This document shows, in pieces, positions 16,789 to 25,101 of a stretch of 43,082 nt of DNA. The notes beneath the pieces are model-generated. The model searched no databases, had not been told where the DNA came from, and saw only the letters and a program-made list of their open reading frames with translations. Source of the DNA: a virus (lineage: Duplodnaviria > Heunggongvirae > Uroviricota > Caudoviricetes). The DNA lies in IMG/VR virus record IMGVR_UViG_3300031420_000496, positions 69,472 through 112,553 of that record; one strand, 5' to 3'. The number at the start of each line of letters is the position of its first letter. Position 1 is the stretch's first letter. The position numbers were made by a program, and so were the translations under genes.

Positions 16789-17667
16789 TTACTCGGCTTT
16801 GGCAGCAGCGCGTGCGCGAAGCTGTTCAACGACCGACAGTTTCTTTTCACCACCAGCGGCCGGTGCGTCTTCAGCTTTTGCGGCTGGAACTTCCGACTTC
16901 GGAGCGGCTTTTGCTTCTTGCTTTGCTGGAGCCGGATCAGCGTCCTGGTCTTCCTTTTCAGCGTTGAACGAGCCACCGGTTTGATCGGCCAGAAGCATCG
17001 CTTCCATTACGTCACGGGTGACGCGCGGAGTGCGGTACTCTTTCAGATCGTACAGGGACATCGATTCGATGATGTCATCTGCAACGTCCGACTGCTTCGG
17101 TGCGAAGCTGGAAGTACCGTAGTCGGCGTATTCACCGGACTTGGACTTCTTGATACGGAAGTTGTAGCCGCCTTTCAGTTCGTACGGTGCTTCTTCCAGG
17201 TCACCGCTCGAGAACGATGCTTGGATTTGCTTGAAGATCTTCGGACCGAATTCCATCAGCTTGACCAGTTGTTCTTGATCGTGGTCGATGGTTGTGTCGA
17301 TCACCAGCACTTGGCCGATGTACGACTTCTTGCGGTAGTATTTCTTACCGAGTTTTTCGTTGTGGTCCGGCGATTTCTCGTCGTAGTACTTTTGGGACAG
17401 CGCGCAGATTGGGCAGTCTTCGCCGTACATCTTCAAGCATGCGACTTTTTCGCGCTTGCCGTTGATGTTCAGTTCGTGAGACAGGTTCTCAACGAGGAAA
17501 CCCATTGGATTTTCTTCGTCAGCGTCAGGGAGGAATCGTACGATTGTAGTGGAGTCAACATCCATCTTCCAGAAGTTGAAGAACAGCTTCCAGGTTTGAT
17601 TGCCACCACCGTCGTTGGTGTTCTTGGATGCGAATGCGGATGCCAGGTCAGCGAGCGATTTTTTCAT
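16789..17667 (-). CDS. ssb: single-stranded DNA-binding protein, gp32-like
   Basis: IVRFLP, CLKMYGEDCPIC, GYNFRIKK, YADYGTSSF, acidic Ala-rich tail. Confidence 0.88.
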   Translation of the reverse strand: MKKSLADLASAFASKNTNDGGGNQTWKLFFNFWKMDVDSTTIVRFLPDADEENPMGFLVENLSHELNINGKREKVACLKMYGEDCPICALSQKYYDEKSPDHNEKLGKKYYRKKSYIGQVLVIDTTIDHDQEQLVKLMEFGPKIFKQIQASFSSGDLEEAPYELKGGYNFRIKKSKSGEYADYGTSSFAPKQSDVADDIIESMSLYDLKEYRTPRVTRDVMEAMLLADQTGGSFNAEKEDQDADPAPAKQEAKAAPKSEVPAAKAEDAPAAGGEKKLSVVEQLRARAAAKAE

Positions 17668-17732
17668 GATTGTGTTGTCTTTCGTAAAGTTGTCAAATGT
17701 TTGTAAAGTGCAACCCCGTTTGGTTGCGTAGG

Positions 17733-17740
17733 TATTTATG
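17733..17740 (-). promoter_or_regulatory. late promoter
   Basis: CATAAATA upstream of ssb. Confidence 0.7.
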
Positions 17741-17798
17741 GTAAATCCCCGAAGCTTTACAATTTCTTGATCGCGTTCAGTGTTGATCAAGAGAAATC

Positions 17799-17827
17799 AT
17801 TATAGCACGGAGCTTGCCACTCTACAA
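17799..17827 (-). promoter_or_regulatory. sigma70-like promoter for ssb
   Basis: TTGTAG-N17-TATAAT. Confidence 0.65.
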
Positions 17828-17861
17828 ACTTTTTTCAACGTTGTAAAAACAACAACGTTGC

Positions 17862-18533
17862 TTACGAAAAACGCAACAGCACGTGCGCTTTGACAACATC
17901 TGCGATCATCTTGATTCTCTGCAATAAGCCGCGGAAGAATCCTCGCTTTTGTTCCTTGATGACTTGCGAAAGACCCGGCATGATCTTGAAGTCGAATCCC
18001 GACGTCGCTTCTGCTTTATAGTTCAAAGCAGTTTCAATCATGTAACCCTGTTTGTACTTTGCTGGGACAGATTCCCAGAGTTCACGTGTCAGCGCTCGCT
18101 CGCCTCCCAACTTTGCTGCGGCCTTGATTGCGAAAGGCAAATGCCAATACAATCCACGATCGCGCATGGCGATCATCATGCCGAGTCGTCCGGCCAACAC
18201 TGGTGCCAACGTTTCCTCGATCATCTCGTGTGTCAGCCCGAGAATATCTGCATCGCAGAAAAAGATGATGTCCGGATCGGACATCTCGACCGCGCGTTGC
18301 ATTGCGGCAGCTTTGCCTTTGTTCGGTCCAGTGTGGATGACGATGCTGTGCGGTTCTGGGTAAGGCGGTCTTGAACGCAGGGCTGTGATGAATGTGTCAT
18401 CCGTCGAACCATCGTCGACAATGATGATTTGATCGAAACGCGGATACGACGAAAGGACCTCGATCACTCGTTGGATTCGAGGTCCTTCATTGTAAGCCGC
18501 GACGATAGCTACTACTTTTGCTGCGTCGCGCAT
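17862..18533 (-). CDS. glycosyltransferase family 2
   Basis: AAYNEG, IIVDDGSTDDT, NKGKAAA, FCDAD, GGERA, IE. Confidence 0.9.
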   Translation of the reverse strand: MRDAAKVVAIVAAYNEGPRIQRVIEVLSSYPRFDQIIIVDDGSTDDTFITALRSRPPYPEPHSIVIHTGPNKGKAAAMQRAVEMSDPDIIFFCDADILGLTHEMIEETLAPVLAGRLGMMIAMRDRGLYWHLPFAIKAAAKLGGERALTRELWESVPAKYKQGYMIETALNYKAEATSGFDFKIMPGLSQVIKEQKRGFFRGLLQRIKMIADVVKAHVLLRFS

Positions 18534-18544
18534 TTTATTTCACT

Positions 18545-19732
18545 TCATGAGATGTAGATCGTACACGAATCGACTTCCGCGCCCAACCACGGGGTTTCCA
18601 ATTGCATGGCGATCTGATGCACACGATGGTCTGGCAAGCTCTTGTCGCCGCGGGTCTTCTGGCGTTCTTTTGCCTTGGACTCCGAGATGAAGAACTCGAT
18701 GGAACGAACCGTATACCCTTTCGCCTTTGCGGCTTCGATATATTTACCGCGAGCCTTGCGACCTTGGTTCATTCGATCAACAACAATCGTCTTGCGAGTC
18801 TCCAACATCTTCGAGAACTCTTTGGCCGAGAACTGGTCGAAGGTCGGAGCTGCCAACTCGGCTTCGGTCTTGTCCTCCTTCTTTTTCAAGTGGCAGTAGT
18901 TCCAGCAGTATTGGTACTTCTGAGCTTCCGTCATGATTTCCATCTCGACGTAATCCTCGTACGGCATGTGGGCATGCGCGTAGTCCAACCGCAACTTGTC
19001 TTCGCTGAAGACATCGAAGATGCCGTCTATGTCGTTGACGAACGTCGACTTGCCAGCTCCGGAGATACCGACCAACATCACCAGCTCCGGAGCGTTCTTC
19101 GCGACCTCGCGTTCCTTCCAGGAAACCAACTGGAATTCATCGATCCAATCCTCGACGGCTTTCTTCTTCGCGTCGTGATCGTCCGAGATACGGCCATGGC
19201 AATCCGAACGCAACATGTCGTAGAAGCAGACGTCGTCTTCACCCAACGTCGCATCGATCATGTGAGCCAACCGCTGGCGCTTCTGCTCGTTCTTCAGACC
19301 GTACGGCAAGTGATGCTCGATCATCACTTTGATGATGCGAATATCTTTCCAGGTGAAACCCTGGTCGAAGAACATCTGACGCAGCTCGTGCTGATCGCAC
19401 ATGAACGACAGGAACTCGTTTGCGCTGATCGGTTCGTGACCGGCATAGCGACGATAGAACACGCCAGGCTCGTCTTTCTTCTCGAGCGTTTCTTCCGCCT
19501 CCGGCTTTCCGAAGTCGTGAAACAACAGTGCCATCAAGGTCAACACGCGTTGACGCTCGGTGCGACGAACGAAGAACATGTTCATGTACTTCTCGATCGT
19601 CATCGTGGTGTGCACGGCAACGTTGGCTTCACGATGCCACGGCGAATTCTCGACCGTGTTTTCCATCGTACGCCAGTTCGATGTTTGCTTTACGCGTTCC
19701 CAGAACGCGTTGAAAAACGCTACTGCTTCCAT
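18545..19732 (-). CDS. HD-domain phosphohydrolase fused to a P-loop polynucleotide-kinase-like domain
   Basis: WHRE..V..HT, LFHDFGKP, YAGHE, D..GR; then LVGISGAGKST, VVDRMN, ERQKTRGDK. Confidence 0.8.
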   Translation of the reverse strand: MEAVAFFNAFWERVKQTSNWRTMENTVENSPWHREANVAVHTTMTIEKYMNMFFVRRTERQRVLTLMALLFHDFGKPEAEETLEKKDEPGVFYRRYAGHEPISANEFLSFMCDQHELRQMFFDQGFTWKDIRIIKVMIEHHLPYGLKNEQKRQRLAHMIDATLGEDDVCFYDMLRSDCHGRISDDHDAKKKAVEDWIDEFQLVSWKEREVAKNAPELVMLVGISGAGKSTFVNDIDGIFDVFSEDKLRLDYAHAHMPYEDYVEMEIMTEAQKYQYCWNYCHLKKKEDKTEAELAAPTFDQFSAKEFSKMLETRKTIVVDRMNQGRKARGKYIEAAKAKGYTVRSIEFFISESKAKERQKTRGDKSLPDHRVHQIAMQLETPWLGAEVDSCTIYIS

Positions 19733-19900
19733 TTACTTTCCCTTCTCGGGTTTATCTTTGTTGCGGCCGTTCATAATCATGCGAAGGCCGATGCCGGTTG
19801 CGAGACCCACGGCAGCGTACGGAAACAACCGTGGCTCGTTGAAACAGAGCACGAAGACCAGGATCAACGCGATGATCGCTCCAATTTGTTCGATTTTCAT
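19733..19900 (-). CDS. small two-TM membrane protein
   Basis: read by hand: MKIEQIGAIIALILVFVLCF... Confidence 0.55.
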   Translation of the reverse strand: MKIEQIGAIIALILVFVLCFNEPRLFPYAAVGLATGIGLRMIMNGRNKDKPEKGK

Positions 19901-20130
19901 TATGCCACCATTGCTTTCAGTTCTGCCTTGATCCGCTTGGCGTCGTCGCCACGGAACGTTCCGGCGTTTGCGAGGAAGTAGGAAACGATCGTACGCGCGT
20001 CGTCGGCGTAGTAGGTGTCGTTGATGGTTTCCAGCTGGGTCATCGCGTCCAGGTACGGAACAGCCGCATAGTTCGGCTTGGCCCAGACGCGTTTGATTTC
20101 TGCTGCAATTTCGCTGATGGTGCGTGCCAT
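19900..20130 (-). CDS. small early phage protein
   Basis: AAVPYLDAM...YFLANAGTFRGDDAKRIKAEL; promoter and RBS upstream. Confidence 0.7.
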   Translation of the reverse strand: MARTISEIAAEIKRVWAKPNYAAVPYLDAMTQLETINDTYYADDARTIVSYFLANAGTFRGDDAKRIKAELKAMVA

Positions 20131-20159
20131 GTCATTTCCTTTCAAGAGTGTATGAATAG

Positions 20160-20188
20160 ATCATACACCAATCAGCGACGAATGCACA
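20160..20188 (-). promoter_or_regulatory. early promoter
   Basis: TGTGCA-N17-TATGAT. Confidence 0.7.
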
Positions 20189-20195
20189 GTGGTAT

Positions 20196-20432
20196 TTAGC
20201 CGGCCTTGACGGTGACGATGATGCCGTCGAACGAGTAGGTCGTCGGCGTACGATCCAGCGGGTCGCCATGCGCACGTTGTTTCGGCGTGATGGTGATCCG
20301 CGATTCCGGAACACCGAGTTGCTGCGAGAACAGTTTCGCCAGATCAGCCAGCGACAGCTCGTAGGTTTGCACCGTGGCTTTCAGCTTGAAACCGTTTGGC
20401 GAGTCGTCCAGAAATCCGCAATATTCGCTCAT
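20196..20432 (-). CDS. small hypothetical protein
   Basis: GGAG RBS. Confidence 0.6.
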   Translation of the reverse strand: MSEYCGFLDDSPNGFKLKATVQTYELSLADLAKLFSQQLGVPESRITITPKQRAHGDPLDRTPTTYSFDGIIVTVKAG

Positions 20433-20433
20433 G

Positions 20434-20616
20434 TCATTTCTCCGTGATTGATTTGATAAAATTTTCGATGCCGGTGGCTGCATCGTCAAATTCCTTCTTG
20501 ACTTCTGCCGCATCCTTGTTTGTCCAGCCTTGTGCGAAACGATTGTTCAGATCGTCCGCAGCGCGCAGTTGGTAGATCAGTGCGCGCAGCTCGTCAGCTT
20601 GATCTTTCGAAATCAT
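20434..20616 (-). CDS. small hypothetical protein
   Basis: overlap-coupled to the upstream gene. Confidence 0.55.
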   Translation of the reverse strand: MISKDQADELRALIYQLRAADDLNNRFAQGWTNKDAAEVKKEFDDAATGIENFIKSITEK

Positions 20617-20867
20617 AGCCGGTCGCCGGTCTTGAAAGTTCTTTTCACGATCGTTTCGGCGATCTTCTTCGTGACGTGCTGTGGAACCTTGTAACCAGCT
20701 TCGCGCACTGCGATCAATGCCGCCAGCGCTTCTTCCGGTTTGTGGAAGTTCTCTGCCCACTTCGAGCAGTCACGGACCTTGATCGCAAAGCTGCGACCCA
20801 TGTTATTGCCATGGGTAACTTCGACGTCGCAGTCCTCGGTGATTTCGCTTAAGAGTTCGGCTGCCAT
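20613..20867 (-). CDS. small hypothetical protein
   Basis: overlap-coupled. Confidence 0.55.
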   Translation of the reverse strand: MAAELLSEITEDCDVEVTHGNNMGRSFAIKVRDCSKWAENFHKPEEALAALIAVREAGYKVPQHVTKKIAETIVKRTFKTGDRL

Positions 20868-20869
20868 GA

Positions 20870-21118
20870 TTAGTCCAGTCGGATGGTCGCGCCTTTGAGG
20901 ACGCCGGAGCACACGACGCCTTCGACTTGCTGGCCGTTCTGGCCGCGCGCTTTGAACTTGGTGTGGAAGGTGTCGTCTTCACTGCAGCCGAAGAATGCGT
21001 AACCACCGGTCTCGATGTTCGTGTAGCCGGCGCCTGCCAGAACACGACGAGCTTCGTCGGCGCGGGTGCAGCCAGTCAGTGCTGCGAGTGCGATGATCGC
21101 GATGAGAATTTTGTTCAT
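20870..21118 (-). CDS. small lipoprotein
   Basis: signal peptide with lipobox LTG-C; FFGCSEDD and GVVCSG. Confidence 0.75.
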   Translation of the reverse strand: MNKILIAIIALAALTGCTRADEARRVLAGAGYTNIETGGYAFFGCSEDDTFHTKFKARGQNGQQVEGVVCSGVLKGATIRLD

Positions 21119-21127
21119 GTTGGTTCC

Positions 21128-21496
21128 TTAGAAATTGTAGACTTGCGCCGGTTCGACTTGCTTGGCCAGTTCCAAAAGCTTGGCCGTCAGCTTCGCCTTC
21201 AGTTCCGGAAATTGTTCTTCGAGATGTGCATTGCCGACGAAGCAGCTGACGGTCACCTGCACGTTGTTCTTGATCAGGTGCTCTTCACGATGCAGCTCGT
21301 GAATCGTGATCTTCTTCATTTCCTTGATTTCGAAGTTCGAACCCATCGAGCCTGCCGGAATTTCCAGAAGTTCAAGCAGTGCAATGGAGTGCATCGGCGT
21401 CACGCAGTAGCCGTACAGCACGGCTCCGCGTTTTGCGATGATGGTGACATCGGTGTCGATGCCGCTGATCGGTACGATCACGGTACGTTTTTTCAT
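21128..21496 (-). CDS. hypothetical protein
   Basis: operon packing and codon usage. Confidence 0.6.
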   Translation of the reverse strand: MKKRTVIVPISGIDTDVTIIAKRGAVLYGYCVTPMHSIALLELLEIPAGSMGSNFEIKEMKKITIHELHREEHLIKNNVQVTVSCFVGNAHLEEQFPELKAKLTAKLLELAKQVEPAQVYNF

Positions 21497-21504
21497 GATG
21501 TGAT

Positions 21505-21759
21505 TTACAGAGATTTATAAACTTGGAAACCGGCTTCGGTCAGCGTGACGCAAGCATCACGGCCTTTGTTGCCGGAGTGTTCAGCCAGACCAGCATTCAC
21601 GAGGCTGGTGAAGACGCCCTTGTCCTGGGCGTTGTCGATAATCATGTCGGCCCACACCCAACCGATGTCGGAAACGCTGGTCGGCTCGGCACCGTTGACT
21701 TCGGTGAATTCGCTCGTTGCGATGGCCTTGATCATTTCAGTCTGCAGAGGGGTCGTCAT
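21505..21759 (-). CDS. small early protein, possibly winged helix
   Basis: follows the cassette RBS; ends with VTLTEAGFQVY. Confidence 0.65.
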   Translation of the reverse strand: MTTPLQTEMIKAIATSEFTEVNGAEPTSVSDIGWVWADMIIDNAQDKGVFTSLVNAGLAEHSGNKGRDACVTLTEAGFQVYKSL

Positions 21760-21791
21760 TTTTAGCTCCGTGTTTGTCTGTCGATGGATTC

Positions 21792-21820
21792 ATTATACAT
21801 GGAACCCACCGGCATGCACA
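21792..21820 (-). promoter_or_regulatory. early promoter
   Basis: TGTGCA-N17-TATAAT-GAATCCATCGAC...CGGAG. Confidence 0.8.
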
Positions 21821-21825
21821 GCACT

Positions 21826-22266
21826 TTATGCAGTTGGTTCGTTACCCGGCACGGTCGAACACAGATAGTCGCCGGTGAAACGCGTGCTGCGCTCGTCGAC
21901 AACGATCAGCATTTCTTGCGCATTGAACACCAGTTCTTCGAATGCTGCGAGACGTTTTTCCAGCACTTCACGAAGTTGTGGCTGAATCAGTTTCAGCACT
22001 TCTTCACGCGACTTGCCGGAACGGTACACCAGCATGTACGCATGGTACTTGTCTTTGCCGCGCTGGTCGTAGATCAGCTTGTCGATGTCTTCCGGCTTCA
22101 CGTGGAAGTTCAGCGAGTAACCGCCATCGCCAGTTCCGATTTGCAGCTCGAGACCGAGGATCGGATCGACAAGGACTTCGTACATGAAGTCTTCGTTGGT
22201 GCGGATCAGAAATCCATGCGACTCAACGTACACGTTGGCGTACGAATACAGATCACCGTCTTTCAT
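21826..22266 (-). CDS. hypothetical protein
   Basis: TGATG overlap with the upstream gene. Confidence 0.6.
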   Translation of the reverse strand: MKDGDLYSYANVYVESHGFLIRTNEDFMYEVLVDPILGLELQIGTGDGGYSLNFHVKPEDIDKLIYDQRGKDKYHAYMLVYRSGKSREEVLKLIQPQLREVLEKRLAAFEELVFNAQEMLIVVDERSTRFTGDYLCSTVPGNEPTA

Positions 22267-22625
22267 CAGTCTTGTCCTTTCGGTTCGTACAGCCAGCACG
22301 TGCGCAGAGTCACGACGTTGTTAAAGAGAATGATGACCGAGGTCGCGCGATTCGAGCAGTGAATGCGATGTTGGATTTTGCGACCCCACGTATTCTCACG
22401 CTGGAGCATCGCATAGTTTTCCTTCATCCACTTCATCGTGTCGATGAGCACTTGTGCACGGTCTGCCGTCGTTTCGAAACGCTCGTACAGTCGCTCGATG
22501 AAGTGCGCCTGGATTTGCGTTTGCAGACGAGTCGCTTTGTCCGGACACCACTTCTCGTTCTTCTCGCGCAGGATCGCGCGGAACATGCTGAGTGTCTTGT
22601 AGTCGATTTGTTGATGTGGCATCAT
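22266..22625 (-). CDS. hypothetical protein
   Basis: overlap-coupled. Confidence 0.6.
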   Translation of the reverse strand: MMPHQQIDYKTLSMFRAILREKNEKWCPDKATRLQTQIQAHFIERLYERFETTADRAQVLIDTMKWMKENYAMLQRENTWGRKIQHRIHCSNRATSVIILFNNVVTLRTCWLYEPKGQD

Positions 22626-22795
22626 TTCCCCTTGGGCCAAGCAATCCAGCCAGTGCAGCCTGCATACGGACAGTTGCACTGTTCGATGGTGAGAACTGCG
22701 TCAACTTCTTCCGGCGTGACGCCGTTCTTCAAACACAGCTCCGCGATATACTCGTCACGAGTTTGCGGAGCACGCTTTGGTAAATTATCAAACAT
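22622..22795 (-). CDS. 57-aa protein with CxC..C motif
   Basis: read by hand: MFDNLPKRAPQ...CNCPYAGCTGW; promoter upstream. Confidence 0.55.
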   Translation of the reverse strand: MFDNLPKRAPQTRDEYIAELCLKNGVTPEEVDAVLTIEQCNCPYAGCTGWIAWPKGK

Positions 22796-22825
22796 TTTGT
22801 TTGCTCAGTAATTGCCGATGAAGTG

Positions 22826-22854
22826 ATTATATCGAACTCACCGGCACATGCACA
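22826..22854 (-). promoter_or_regulatory. early promoter
   Basis: TGTGCA-N17-TATAAT. Confidence 0.78.
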
Positions 22855-22857
22855 GCG

Positions 22858-23271
22858 TTATTTGGTTTCGATTGTTGCCGACCATTTGCCATACAGATCA
22901 CCAGCGGCACGCAAGACTTGCAGCAGATCATCGCTCAGATGGCGAGCTGCCAGCGTGTCGATCGGTGTCAGCATGAACGTGTTGCACGGCTCGAGAATCT
23001 TGAGCACGGTGTCGATCTGCCGCCACGTGGCGGAAACAGTCGGAACGAAGCCTGCGGCGATGTCTTCTTCAGTCGGCGGATACTTCTCGTACGACTGCAG
23101 AATGTTCCGCCACGATGTGAGGAAGTTTCGGTTGTCGGATTGGTATGCTTCGCCGGATGCTTCGCGGCAGACAGCATCGTAATGCTGTGCGGAAACCTTG
23201 CGGATCATTTCGACATCTGCAATCGTCAGCGGCAGAAGGAATTCAGGTTGGCCTTGGATGCGTACTTTCAT
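22858..23271 (-). CDS. hypothetical protein
   Basis: GGAG RBS; overlap with the upstream gene. Confidence 0.6.
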   Translation of the reverse strand: MKVRIQGQPEFLLPLTIADVEMIRKVSAQHYDAVCREASGEAYQSDNRNFLTSWRNILQSYEKYPPTEEDIAAGFVPTVSATWRQIDTVLKILEPCNTFMLTPIDTLAARHLSDDLLQVLRAAGDLYGKWSATIETK

Positions 23272-23525
23272 TTGCGGCTCGCTCCAGCACGATGGGCTTT
23301 CGACCATTGATACGGGTCACCGTTGGGAAGTTTGCCTTCTTCAACTGCACCGCCTTTGTCGTTGTTGCCGACTTGGCCATCGAGTTGAGTTGACATGCAG
23401 ACATGCTTGGAGCCCGAGGCGCGGAGACTTTGACAATATGCCAAAGCCTCCATCAACTCAGCGTCTGTGAAGTGTGTTGCATCGGGCGAACCGTCAGCAA
23501 AGAGGGAGAATACTACGATACTCAT
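23268..23525 (-). CDS. small hypothetical protein
   Basis: AAGGA RBS. Confidence 0.6.
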   Translation of the reverse strand: MSIVVFSLFADGSPDATHFTDAELMEALAYCQSLRASGSKHVCMSTQLDGQVGNNDKGGAVEEGKLPNGDPYQWSKAHRAGASRK

Positions 23526-23582
23526 AATGGTTCCTTAAAAGTCATAACACATAGTATCATGACTTTTCAAGGACGAACACCA

Positions 23583-24287
23583 TCAAAAGTCTTTTGTAAA
23601 CGGTGCTGCTGGTGGTGTGAAGTTGCCGGAGTAACGAGCTAGATTCTTTGTGATTCGTACTTCGTCGATGAAACCAGTAAAGTGATATGCAAGCTGAATT
23701 GGATCAGTGTTGTTCTTATCGTATTGCGGCGTCGGCGGTGTATTTGACGCACCCAACACGCCATTTACAAAAACTTGACAAACTGCACCAGAACGTTGCA
23801 ACGTAATCAGCGACCAGGTATTCAACGCCAGCGGAGTAGAAACTGCGACAACTGCACCATTACTAATAGACGCATTCGTACCATTTCCAAAGTACGCAGC
23901 AATTGTGCGGTCCGTTCTGAATTCAATTCCATACGCTGGATATGATCCGTCTGCGCCTTTTGACATTAACCTTGTGCCAGCAGTGGATGTCGGTGCTGCG
24001 GTCGGATACATCCAAAATTCAATCGTATAGTCGCCATTCAGAAGAAGATTAGAATTTGTTGGCAACAAAATGTTATCTGTTGCAAACAATCTTATACTAG
24101 TGCTACCAAACTTCTTCTGGAGATTTGAGATAGTTGCAGACCCAGACATGGTGACGTTTTGATAATTTCCAGAATCATCAACGATTACCTTGGAGCCGTT
24201 CGTACCTTCAAAGTGCGACATCATGGAAATGATCGGCTTTGCCACTGCTGCCACAGCTTTAGAAGGGTTCAGAATAATCAGTGGCAT
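23583..24287 (-). CDS. LamG/concanavalin-A-like domain protein, probably tail or fibre associated
   Basis: DYTIEFWMYP, NTWSLITLQRSG, FVNGVL, FTGFIDEVRITK..ARYSGNFTPP. Confidence 0.82.
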   Translation of the reverse strand: MPLIILNPSKAVAAVAKPIISMMSHFEGTNGSKVIVDDSGNYQNVTMSGSATISNLQKKFGSTSIRLFATDNILLPTNSNLLLNGDYTIEFWMYPTAAPTSTAGTRLMSKGADGSYPAYGIEFRTDRTIAAYFGNGTNASISNGAVVAVSTPLALNTWSLITLQRSGAVCQVFVNGVLGASNTPPTPQYDKNNTDPIQLAYHFTGFIDEVRITKNLARYSGNFTPPAAPFTKDF

Positions 24288-24296
24288 ATAACTTCC

Positions 24297-25049
24297 TTAT
24301 GCCAATACAGCTTCGAGTGTAAATTGCGCGTCACCGAAAGTCGTATCGGCCGTTTGATACCCAATCGTCAGAAGGTCGCCCTTAACAAAGTTTTGATTAT
24401 TTAGGAATGTGAACGTTCCGTTCGTCGCGCCGGCAGCAAAGTTGATCGAACCAATTTGGGTACCGTTACGATAGATCGCCAGACTTGTCGCAGCTGTTGC
24501 AACAGTCGAAGTTGAAGCTGCGGAACCACCAAGTCCTGCAGGAAGCAGGAACGGGCGGTTTGCTATAAAGCGGAATACCAATGACGGAGCTGTTGGCTTG
24601 CCAAAGATGGAACCAGCAATATCGTATGGAATAACTGAACGATTCGTGACTGGTACCCAACCAGAACCAGTCCATACTGTTAGACCATTACTCAGATGGT
24701 AGTACAGGTCACCAACTGCTGCTGTGGCTGGAAAACTAGTTCCATGCGCGGTGCTGATGTAACTGGTGGTTTTTATCCAGGCTGTACCGTTCGAAACGAA
24801 CAGGCCATTGTCAGTTTGGAAGAACATGCTACCGATCTTTCCAACTGCTGGAAGAGTCGCACCAACTGGAATTCCCGTATCAACGTTTGGCGCGACTTTT
24901 TCCCACGCTGTTCCGTTGTAAATGTGCAGGCCAGTACCATTCAAATAGAAGAGTTCGCCCGGCGATCCGTCTGGAAACGATGTTCCAGTCGCGATCGCAA
25001 AGTTTGTTGCTGATGATTGACCGATAAGCTCAAGGCCGTCTGTTAACAT
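24297..25049 (-). CDS. fibre-like virion protein with three internal repeats
   Basis: three GxxFP...GxLFY...GL.V.NG..W repeats; late promoter upstream. Confidence 0.7.
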   Translation of the reverse strand: MLTDGLELIGQSSATNFAIATGTSFPDGSPGELFYLNGTGLHIYNGTAWEKVAPNVDTGIPVGATLPAVGKIGSMFFQTDNGLFVSNGTAWIKTTSYISTAHGTSFPATAAVGDLYYHLSNGLTVWTGSGWVPVTNRSVIPYDIAGSIFGKPTAPSLVFRFIANRPFLLPAGLGGSAASTSTVATAATSLAIYRNGTQIGSINFAAGATNGTFTFLNNQNFVKGDLLTIGYQTADTTFGDAQFTLEAVLA

Positions 25050-25084
25050 AATAGTTCCCTAGCAAGTGTGAATTAACTTGCTGG

Positions 25085-25092
25085 TATTTATG
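25085..25092 (-). promoter_or_regulatory. late promoter
   Basis: CATAAATA. Confidence 0.75.
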
Positions 25093-25101
25093 CTATAGTC
25101 C

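Noticed and set aside
16753-19981. Long plus-strand ORFs 16753..17706 and 18602..19981
   Set aside because: Antisense shadows of ssb and the HD-kinase gene.
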